The position numbers and the translations under genes were made by a program. Positions 56,659 to 64,000 of a DNA stretch of 64,000 nt are shown here, one piece after another. The notes beneath the pieces are model-generated. The model did not search any database and had not been told where the DNA came from. It was given only the letters and a program-made list of their open reading frames with translations. This DNA is from Desulfatiglandales bacterium. Its GTDB lineage: Bacteria > Desulfobacterota > DSM-4660 > Desulfatiglandales > Desulfatiglandaceae. How positions within the stretch are numbered: the stretch's first letter is position 1; each line of letters starts with the position of its first letter. The stretch spans positions 544,001 to 608,000 of the forward strand of contig OY759599.1 in the NCBI GenBank assembly GCA_963662465.1, in the 5' to 3' direction.

Positions 56659-58158
56659 CTATGGGGTTTTAATTTTTCTGGAAACGGTTGAAAGCCCCAG
56701 GAAAAACCCCACGGCCAGCAACGTGATGGTGCCGATGACGCCGATCATTCGGGGATGCCATGCGCATTCAAGCCAGGCCCAACGCTGGGGCAGGTTCCGG
56801 GCGAATGTCGCCCATACGATGCTCGCGATGCTGGTGGACACGGCGACGCCGGCTTGCCATGGTTTGACAAAACGACACAGAAATCCCAGCAGAAACAGCC
56901 CCACAACCCCGCCGCCGGCGATGCCCGCCAGTTGCCAGCCTGTTTCAAGGGCCGTTCGGACCTGGATCATGGCAAGGCCCGTCATGGTTCCCAATGCGCC
57001 CCAGATAACCGTATACGCCCTTAACATTTTCATGCTTTTTCGGTCATCGGCGTTCGGGTTGACATATCGTTTGTAAAAATCAAGCAACGTCAATGTGGAA
57101 ACACAATTCAGCGATGAGTCGATGCTGCTCATGGCCGCGGCAAAGATGGCGGCAATCAGCAGTCCCCTGAGGCCTGCCGGAAATTGGGTTGCAATGAAGT
57201 AGGGATAGATTTTATCTCCCGCGAGCGTTCCTTCCAGTGAGGGGGGAAGCAGGTGGGCGTTGGCGGTATAGAAGGAAAACAGGGCCGTACCGATGAATAG
57301 AAAAAGCGCCGAAATGGGAATATAGGCGATGGCGGCCAGCCACACGGAACGGGATGCGGCCTTGACGGATTTTGTGGTTTGGTACCGTTGGACATAATTC
57401 TGATCCACGCCGAAATTCCGCAGGTTTTCAAAAATGCCGTAAATGAGGACCACCCATGCCGTGGGGCCGATGAGATCCGGGGACCAGCTTCCCAGGGAAA
57501 ATTTTTCGTGTTGTCCGGCAATGGTGAAGACCTGTGCCGGTCCTTCGGGCATGCCGGTGAGCAGGATAACGGCGGAGACGATGGCGCCCCCGAAAAGGAT
57601 AATGACCTGAATCACATCGGTCCAGACCACGGCTTCAATTCCCCCCAGAACCGTATAAAAGGTTACGCCGATGCCGGTGATGATGATGATGGTTTCGTAG
57701 GACCATCCCGTGAGATGGCGCAATACGAGGGAAACCAGAAATAGAATCATGCCGATTCGGGCCAGGGAGCCCAGCATGAAGCTGATGCTGCCGTAAATAC
57801 GGGCCCAGGGGCCGAAACGCTGTTCCAGATATTCATAGGCCGATACTTTGACCTTTGTTCGATAGAGGGGAATAAAATAAATTGTGGCCACCAGGGCTGC
57901 CGGCGGCAAGGTGAGGGAAAATATAAAAACATCCCAGTTGGTGTTGTAGGCCTGCCCGGGGTAGGCCAGAAAAGTGATGCTGCTGACGAAAGTTCCCAGT
58001 ATGGAAAGGCCGACGGCCCAACTGGGAAGTTTTCCGTCCGCGATCATGAATCCCAAAGTCGTGTTGCTTTTTTTGCGGAAATAGGCGCCAAAGAGTATAA
58101 CGGCGATGAAATAAAAAATCAGGATCAATTTATCCGCTGCAAGAAATTGTGGTTGCAT
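56659..58158 (-). CDS. Sodium:solute symporter (SSS family)
   Basis: SSITFLAYPG, SAYEYLEQRFG, GGIEAVVWTD, DQNYVQRY, AAAMSSIDS. Confidence 0.93.
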   Translation of the reverse strand: MQPQFLAADKLILIFYFIAVILFGAYFRKKSNTTLGFMIADGKLPSWAVGLSILGTFVSSITFLAYPGQAYNTNWDVFIFSLTLPPAALVATIYFIPLYRTKVKVSAYEYLEQRFGPWARIYGSISFMLGSLARIGMILFLVSLVLRHLTGWSYETIIIITGIGVTFYTVLGGIEAVVWTDVIQVIILFGGAIVSAVILLTGMPEGPAQVFTIAGQHEKFSLGSWSPDLIGPTAWVVLIYGIFENLRNFGVDQNYVQRYQTTKSVKAASRSVWLAAIAYIPISALFLFIGTALFSFYTANAHLLPPSLEGTLAGDKIYPYFIATQFPAGLRGLLIAAIFAAAMSSIDSSLNCVSTLTLLDFYKRYVNPNADDRKSMKMLRAYTVIWGALGTMTGLAMIQVRTALETGWQLAGIAGGGVVGLFLLGFLCRFVKPWQAGVAVSTSIASIVWATFARNLPQRWAWLECAWHPRMIGVIGTITLLAVGFFLGLSTVSRKIKTP

Positions 58159-58377
58159 GGGCTTTCCTCGTTGTTGTTTTGGGCGCGAGATTAACCGAAA
58201 ACGTTGTGTAGCGTCAATGCCCCCGGATGGGGGGATTGAATATTTTCCGGATGTTCCATGTTTATGCTTGTACTCCTTTTTGTTTCAATGTAAGTTTCTT
58301 CCCTATGGGTCGATGGAAATTTCATCCGGTTGACCGATCTTTAGTTTATCTTATCAAAAAAAAGAAAGAAAAGGAGA

Positions 58378-59232
58378 ATGGATATGGCAATTAATGTGTT
58401 GGGCGTTGTCGGCTCCGGACAGATGGGCTCGGGAATCGCCCAGGTGGCCGCGGCCTGCGGTTTGTCCGTTGTGATGAATGATATCAAGGACGAATTTGTG
58501 GAGCGAGGTTTTGCAACCATTGAAAAGAGTCTTGGGCGGTTGGTGAAAAAAGAAAAGATGACCGAGGCTGACCAGGCGTCTATTTTGGGGAGAATCGAAG
58601 CGTCCACATCATTGGAGGATATGGTCCGGGCGGACTATGTGGTGGAAGCCGCCACTGAAAACGAGGCCCTTAAATTGAAAATTTTTGAGGATTTGGATAG
58701 GCACTGCAAGGCGGATGCAATCCTTTCTTCCAATACCTCCTCCATTTCCATTACCAAGATTGCCGCTGTTACGAGCCGACCGGAAAAGGTCATCGGCATG
58801 CATTTTATGAACCCCGTGCCCATGATGAAGCTGGTGGAGATCATTAACGGTCTGGCCACGAGCGAGGCAACCACCCAGGCGACCCAGGACCTGGCGTTGC
58901 AAATGGGAAAAACGCCGGTGCCGGCCAACGATTTTCCGGGGTTTGTGGCCAACCGCATCCTGATGCCCATGATCAATGAGGCGGTATATGCTCTGTATGA
59001 GGGTGTCGGCGAAGCCAAGGATATTGACCAGATCATGAAGTTGGGCATGAATCACCCCATGGGTCCCCTTGCTCTGGCGGACTTGATCGGGTTGGATACC
59101 TGTCTGGCGATTTTGGAAGTACTTCACAAGGGGTTGGGCGACAGTAAATATCGTGCGTGCCCCCTGTTGCGGAAATATGTGGATGCGGGATGGCTGGGAC
59201 GGAAAACAGGCCGGGGATTTTACGTTTACTGA
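58378..59232 (+). CDS. hbd: 3-hydroxybutyryl-CoA dehydrogenase
   Basis: [41 protein letters not shown]. Confidence 0.93.
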   Translation: MDMAINVLGVVGSGQMGSGIAQVAAACGLSVVMNDIKDEFVERGFATIEKSLGRLVKKEKMTEADQASILGRIEASTSLEDMVRADYVVEAATENEALKLKIFEDLDRHCKADAILSSNTSSISITKIAAVTSRPEKVIGMHFMNPVPMMKLVEIINGLATSEATTQATQDLALQMGKTPVPANDFPGFVANRILMPMINEAVYALYEGVGEAKDIDQIMKLGMNHPMGPLALADLIGLDTCLAILEVLHKGLGDSKYRACPLLRKYVDAGWLGRKTGRGFYVY

Positions 59233-59284
59233 GAATTCGGCAGTAGGCCGGCAATTCTCATTTTAAAATGATAGCATTGTGGAA

Positions 59285-59309
59285 GTAGGGGCGACATATT
59301 CGCCCCTAC
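59285..59309. repeat. GTAG-type REP palindrome
   Basis: GTAGGGGCGA-CATAT-TCGCCCCTAC. Confidence 0.75.
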
Positions 59310-59324
59310 GGCCGCGAAAAGCCG

Positions 59325-59498
59325 TCACCACCATGATACGGTTCTGTCATTTTCAAATATGAGTTCGATGAGGCGGTCATAGTCGGTTTCTTTCTCATAA
59401 AGCGGGAATGTGATCGCATTCTCCCCTTCGGTCAGTATATCCAGGAACATCCGGGTATTTTCGTCCGGTTCCGATTTTAATATGTGAAGCGTCTTCAT
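59325..59498 (-). CDS. 57-aa DsrH/TusB-like small protein (not in ORF track)
   Basis: MKTLHILKSEPD...DYDRLIELIFENDRTVSWW*; starts 2 nt after the previous stop; C-terminus resembles DsrH/TusB. Confidence 0.75.
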   Translation of the reverse strand: MKTLHILKSEPDENTRMFLDILTEGENAITFPLYEKETDYDRLIELIFENDRTVSWW

Positions 59499-59500
59499 AA

Positions 59501-59800
59501 TCAACCCCCGAAAGGTATGATAAGGTCCATTTCTTTGAGCTTTTTGCCGATGTTCTCAAGGTCCATGTATTTAAAACCATATTTTTCCACATTGGTGGTG
59601 TTGTTGGAGTAATATTCGCATTCCATATCCTCCAGCCACTCCAGATTTTCCTTGTAGGCATCGGTCAATTCCACTTCAACGTCCAAGACGAACATATAAG
59701 AATAGAAATTTTCAACGGCCAGTCCAAGGGTGGAGCGTGAGCCTTCCCAAAGATCTTCTTTTCCGCGGATCAAAAAGGCTACATGCTTGATGTTTTCCAT
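59501..59800 (-). CDS. DsrE/F-like hypothetical protein
   Basis: [11 protein letters not shown]...[11 protein letters not shown]; in operon with tusA/dsrE-like genes. Confidence 0.7.
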   Translation of the reverse strand: MENIKHVAFLIRGKEDLWEGSRSTLGLAVENFYSYMFVLDVEVELTDAYKENLEWLEDMECEYYSNNTTNVEKYGFKYMDLENIGKKLKEMDLIIPFGG

Positions 59801-59817
59801 AAGGGTCTGTTCCTCTC

Positions 59818-60123
59818 CTACAACACGACATACCTGTCGCAATCTTCGATCAGTTCGCCGTTTCGCGCCTGGGTGGCGTAATCCGTTTCTTTAACCCCCG
59901 GAACAGGCGGTTTGAGGCCGTGACTTTCAAAGCCCACATTGCACAGGGACAGATTCGCCAGACCCGATAGTTCCGCGAATCGGGGATGCTGGGTCAGAAG
60001 CGTTCCCGTATGGCTGAAAAAAACGGTTGTTTCAACCCCTTTGTTTTTAGCGGCTGTACATAGGGCAATAACTTTTTCCAGATGCCGGTCGGAAGTGACA
60101 AACACCCCCAATGATTTGGCCAT
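59818..60123 (-). CDS. DsrE-family protein
   Basis: [33 protein letters not shown]. Confidence 0.8.
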   Translation of the reverse strand: MAKSLGVFVTSDRHLEKVIALCTAAKNKGVETTVFFSHTGTLLTQHPRFAELSGLANLSLCNVGFESHGLKPPVPGVKETDYATQARNGELIEDCDRYVVL

Positions 60124-60192
60124 ACTCAGCTCTCCTTAAAAATAAAGGCCTTTCATTTTTTTTGTTTTACAAAAAGTGAAACGTGAAAAAAA

Positions 60193-60432
60193 CTATTTGA
60201 TTTTCAAGTAAAGTTTGCTGCGGCCTTCTTCTTCTTTTATGCCCAGGAATTCATGCCCTGTTCTTTTGGCAAATGAAGGGAGATCATTTTTGGTTCCCGG
60301 GTCCGTACTGATGACCTCGAGAATCTGCCCCGATTTCATGTTGCCGATATGTTTTTTGGTTTTGAGAAGGGGCATGGGACAGCTCAGGCCGCTGCAATCC
60401 AGGGTTTCATCCGCTGTGATATTTTCCACCAT
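60193..60432 (-). CDS. tusA: Sulfur carrier TusA family
   Basis: LDCSGLSCPMP, GQILEVISTDPG. Confidence 0.92.
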   Translation of the reverse strand: MVENITADETLDCSGLSCPMPLLKTKKHIGNMKSGQILEVISTDPGTKNDLPSFAKRTGHEFLGIKEEEGRSKLYLKIK

Positions 60433-60467
60433 GATTTTTCCTCCAACATTGGAATTTAAATGATACA

Positions 60468-60494
60468 GGATGAATCGCCAAACGATTCATCCTA
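60468..60494. terminator. Hairpin/terminator
   Basis: AGGATGAATCG-CCAAA-CGATTCATCCT. Confidence 0.55.
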
Positions 60495-60514
60495 AAGGAT
60501 ACACAATCTATAAA

Positions 60515-60931
60515 TCAGCAGCCTTCATCTTCAATGATGACAAAGGCGGGCTTTTTTTTGGCTTTCGGTGGCTGTGGCGCCTGGACCGTGGATGTTGCGG
60601 GTGACTGTTCAGATCGCGTGGAGGTATCCGGCATAACGAGATTCGCATTTTTTTCCACTTTTTCGGCCAACGCAAAAATGACAGCCTGATCATAGTAAGC
60701 CCAGGCTGCGATGGATGATGGATCTGCCTGAATCGCTTTTCGAAAGAATTCCTTGGCGTCCAGGTATTTCCCTCTCTGATAAGCTTCCTGACCATGTCGC
60801 ACCAATTTTATGCAGGTGGCTTTGTCGTTACTTTTTTGGGATGGGTCTTCCGCCGGGGCAACTTGCGGAAATAGGAAAAGCAGTGTTAAGAATAGGCCTG
60901 TAAGAGCTTTTAAGAGGACTTTTCTTTGCAT
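60515..60931 (-). CDS. Secreted TPR-like hypothetical protein
   Basis: Signal peptide; GQEAYQRGKYLDAKEFFRKAIQADP. Confidence 0.75.
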   Translation of the reverse strand: MQRKVLLKALTGLFLTLLFLFPQVAPAEDPSQKSNDKATCIKLVRHGQEAYQRGKYLDAKEFFRKAIQADPSSIAAWAYYDQAVIFALAEKVEKNANLVMPDTSTRSEQSPATSTVQAPQPPKAKKKPAFVIIEDEGC

Positions 60932-61131
60932 AGAGATCTCCTTAATGGTTGATTTTAACCCGGCAAATTTTTCAAGAGATAGAAAAATTACTAAAAACAG
61001 TTGGTTTTGTCAATACCGGAAGCGCGTTTGAGATAGGCGTTTGCGGTCTCTTTTCTGCTTGAAGTCGAGGCTGTTTTTCATTATGTCTGAGTTTTTCAAA
61101 TGGTATCGCTTCCAACAGGAGGTTATTATAA

Positions 61132-62592
61132 ATGTCTTTTCAATCGGAAAGGGCGGATGTGGATTCCACGCTGAAGCTTAAGTTGAACCGCCGGCCTGAA
61201 AATCTATCTCATATTCATCTGATGGGGATTTGTGGAACGGGAATGGCGTCTCTGGCCGGAATGCTCAAAGAGCAGGGATATGGGATTACCGGTTCGGATG
61301 CAAATGTTTATCCCCCCATGAGTCTTTTCCTGGAATCTCTCGGGATTCCGGTATTCAACGGCTATGGTCCCTGTAACCTGGAACCGCGTCCGGATTTGGT
61401 GATTGTAGGCAACGTAATTACCAGGGTTAACCCTGAAGCCGTTGAACTTTCTCGGCTCGGGTTGCTATATCTTTCTTTTCCCCAAGCGCTCAGAGAGTTT
61501 GCCATTCAGGATAAAAAATCCATTGTTATTGCTGGGACCCATGGAAAAACAACCACTTCTTCATTAATCGCCTGGATACTGGAGACTGCCGGCCTGGATC
61601 CGGGGTTTATGATTGGCGGCATCCCCCGCAATTTTGAAAAGAATTTCAAGCTGGGAAAAGGCGAATATTTCGTCATAGAAGGGGATGAATATGATTCCGC
61701 TTTTTTTGACAAGGGTCCGAAATTTCTGCACTATAACCCCTGGACGGCGATCCTGACCAGTATTGAATTCGATCATGCCGATATCTACCGGGATTTGGAT
61801 CATGTGATCGACAGCTTTCAAAGATTCATTGACCTGATTCCGGCCGGTGGACATCTTATTGCCAATGGAGATGATAAAATCATCCTCCGCGAAATCAACC
61901 GGGCCGTATGTGAAGTTGAAACTTACGGTTTTTCTAAAAACAACCATTGGCAGGTTGGGGGTATGGTTGTTTCGGAAAAGGATACCATCGTCAATATTGT
62001 GCGGGAGGGCAAGACGCAGATGCCTTTTGAAACGCCGCTTTTTGGTCGGCACAATATATCCAATTGTTTGTCCGCCGTGGTTCTGGCACATTTTTTGGGG
62101 ATATCCCCTGATATCCTGGCAAGGGCCTTATTGACTTTCAAGGGCGTCAAGCGACGGCAGGAGATCCTTGGAGAAAAAAATGGCATTATGGTCATGGACG
62201 ATTTTGCCCATCATCCCACGGCCGTAAAAGAAACGGTTCGGGCCGTGAAACAAAAATTCCCCTACAGGCGTTTGATTGTCGTGTTTGAGCCGAGGTCCAA
62301 TTCCAGCCGGCGGAATATTTTTCAGGATCGATACGCCGAATCATTCGATGCCGGGGATATTATAATGATCCGTGAGCCTCCCATGATGGAGAAAATTCCT
62401 TTGGTGGAACGTTTTTCCGCTGAGAAATTGGTTTCCGATTTGGGGGAAAGGGGGCTTGAGGCATATTCTTATGAGGATACGGATTTATTGCTGTCATCTT
62501 TGTTGAGCAGGGTCAAGGCAGGCGATATGGTGCTGATCATGTCTAACGGCGGTTTCGACAACCTGCATCACAGGCTGCTGAAAGCCATATGA
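61132..62592 (+). CDS. mpl: Murein peptide ligase Mpl
   Basis: GICGTGMASLA, YPPMS, AGTHGKTTT, EGDEYDSAFFDK, DDFAHHPTA, MSNGGF. Confidence 0.93.
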   Translation: MSFQSERADVDSTLKLKLNRRPENLSHIHLMGICGTGMASLAGMLKEQGYGITGSDANVYPPMSLFLESLGIPVFNGYGPCNLEPRPDLVIVGNVITRVNPEAVELSRLGLLYLSFPQALREFAIQDKKSIVIAGTHGKTTTSSLIAWILETAGLDPGFMIGGIPRNFEKNFKLGKGEYFVIEGDEYDSAFFDKGPKFLHYNPWTAILTSIEFDHADIYRDLDHVIDSFQRFIDLIPAGGHLIANGDDKIILREINRAVCEVETYGFSKNNHWQVGGMVVSEKDTIVNIVREGKTQMPFETPLFGRHNISNCLSAVVLAHFLGISPDILARALLTFKGVKRRQEILGEKNGIMVMDDFAHHPTAVKETVRAVKQKFPYRRLIVVFEPRSNSSRRNIFQDRYAESFDAGDIIMIREPPMMEKIPLVERFSAEKLVSDLGERGLEAYSYEDTDLLLSSLLSRVKAGDMVLIMSNGGFDNLHHRLLKAI

Positions 62593-62618
62593 ATAACAGC
62601 TTGGTTTCGAAAAAATAG

Positions 62619-62652
62619 AAAGGCCTTTGGCTGGATTGAGCCAAAGGCCTTT
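62619..62652. terminator. Bidirectional hairpin between mpl and tRNA-Leu
   Basis: AAAGGCCTTTGGCT...AGCCAAAGGCCTTT. Confidence 0.65.
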
Positions 62653-62691
62653 CAGAGGACATCCAAGGGGGGCGTTGAGGGGTGTCTTTGC

Positions 62692-62779
62692 TGGTGCCGG
62701 AGGTCGGAATCGAACCGACACGAACGCAAGGTTCACTGGATTTTGAGTCCAGCGCGTCTACCAGTTTCACCACTCCGGC
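62692..62779 (-). tRNA. tRNA-Leu(CAA)
   Basis: GCCGGAG acceptor, anticodon arm CTGGA-CTCAAAA-TCCAG, long variable arm, GGTTCGATTCC, CCA. Confidence 0.97.
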
Positions 62780-62847
62780 ACAAGATCAAGAGGGGCAAAG
62801 GAGGATTAAAAAAAGCACTCTCAGATGCCCGAAACTCATAACTCAGG

Positions 62848-62914
62848 ATTATACAAAAATTATGAAAAGAATGTCAATATCATATTGACACGAGCAAATA
62901 CTTTCTGGTATTAA
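62848..62914. promoter_or_regulatory. Back-to-back sigma70 promoters for the two tRNAs
   Basis: Minus: TTGACA(62877-72)-N18-TATAAT(62853-48). Plus: TTGACA(62885-90)-N18-TATTAA. Confidence 0.7.
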
Positions 62915-62927
62915 AGATCACGTTTGC

Positions 62928-63003
62928 GGGGCTGTAGCTCAGATGGGAGAGCGCATGACTGGCAGTCATGAGGTCAGGGGTTCGATCCCCCTCAGCTCCA
63001 CCA
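62928..63003 (+). tRNA. tRNA-Ala(GGC)
   Basis: GGGGCTG acceptor with G3:U70, CATGA-CTGGCAG-TCATG, GGTTCGATCCC, CCA. Confidence 0.97.
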
Positions 63004-63459
63004 GTAAATACAAGCACTTACGGGTTTTAACCCTAAGTGCTTTTTTTATTTTAGGCCGGTTTTGTCCACTCCTTGTACACCTTTTTTGATTCTAATGGAC
63101 TTTCAAGGCATAAAAAAACCGGCCCCAGGAAAGGGAATCGGCTCTTTTTCCATCAAGAGAGATTTTTTTATTTCTCACCCCTTAAAGCAAAAGCCGCAAA
63201 AGTAGCAAAACCTCAAAAGGATCTCTGAATCTTCCTAAAACCGGCATTCATTCTACGGCTGGATAGGGTATCCCTATCCTCTTTCAAAAACACCTTTTTT
63301 CTCTCTGTAATCACTCCACATCCCTGTTTTCCTTAAAAACTGCTTGAAATTTTGAAGTGGTAAGGACTATCATCGTTTTCACTAATAAATCTGGCAAGAG
63401 TAGCGTGTACTTACTGGCTCAAAGGGATTTCATAATAAACACGGACATCTGAGAAAAAA

Positions 63460-64000
63460 ATGCCATTTCTCCTGGATAACAAAGGCCAGGGCAAAGTCGG
63501 TGATGCCCTCCGCGAAAACATACAACGTAACGCACACCTGTCGGTTGTTTCAAACGTTTTTTCCGTCTACGCCTATGACTCCCTTGGTTCGGTACTGGCA
63601 AGCATCAAAAAGCTGCGTCTTCTTATTCCGTCAAGCCCCACCGAAACATTTCAAGTTCATGGTCTAATCGGTGGCAACGGGGACCGCGTGTTCCGAAATT
63701 CCCTAAACCTGCCAAAGGTAGCCCATGATTGCGCAAGATGGCTTGAACAGAAGGCGGAGATCAGAACCGTAGCCTTACCCGTCCTCCAGAATCTATTCCA
63801 CATCAAAAATGTGGACGGGTCCACCGTTGCCATTCACGGCAGCTCTCCCTTTACCTCTTCCGGTCTTGGGTTTACCCCGGCGACGGGATACCCCATGAAT
63901 ACGCTCTTTACAAGTGACCAGGAGACAACGGGACTTCTGGATTGGTTTGATTCCATCTGGGCGAATACCGATGCAGCTCAGGATGCTAAATCCCTCATGC
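63460..64000 (+). CDS. N-terminus of a probable SNF2-type helicase with PLD-like domain (truncated by window edge; not in ORF track)
   Basis: Open to window end: MPFLLDNK..GKVGDAL...FSVYAY...RNSL...CARWL...GSSPFTSSGLG...WFDSIW. Confidence 0.72.
   Translation, partial: MPFLLDNKGQGKVGDALRENIQRNAHLSVVSNVFSVYAYDSLGSVLASIKKLRLLIPSSPTETFQVHGLIGGNGDRVFRNSLNLPKVAHDCARWLEQKAEIRTVALPVLQNLFHIKNVDGSTVAIHGSSPFTSSGLGFTPATGYPMNTLFTSDQETTGLLDWFDSIWANTDAAQDAKSLM

Noticed and set aside
62543..62888. Short ORFs over tRNA-Leu
   Set aside because: Translations of the tRNA gene

Overview
A mostly housekeeping and signalling 64-kb bacterial window. Gene content points to an anaerobic Desulfobacterota/deltaproteobacterium (inference, no search run). 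Core content: the end of a TonB receptor plus an Opp/Nik-type ABC and methyltransferase operon; sensor kinases; a GluR0-like channel; MscS; vapBC; fabF; a FecR-OmpA-CHASE2 cluster; hexokinase-pgm; cobU; typA; ygiQ; a long KamA-family gene; hisC; an RsbU/W/V-like module; hbd; a TusA/DsrE-like operon; mpl; and divergent tRNA-Leu/tRNA-Ala. A probable defence island starts after tRNA-Ala. The most unusual part is the accessory block at ~41.5-50.5 kb. It holds two tandem mosaic AAA-PD-(D/E)XK paralogs and three toxin-antitoxin pairs. An orphan single-spacer CRISPR (strongly folded leader, one repeat, one spacer, a truncated repeat) lies between two of the TA loci and inside a 47-bp direct repeat. 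The block also has a DUF1566 gene whose 3' end has the codon pattern of a diversity-generating-retroelement variable region, with no RT or TR seen in the window, and an orphan protein with an EF-Ts-like N-terminus. Several genes show internal deletions or truncation. All family calls come from motif recognition by eye.
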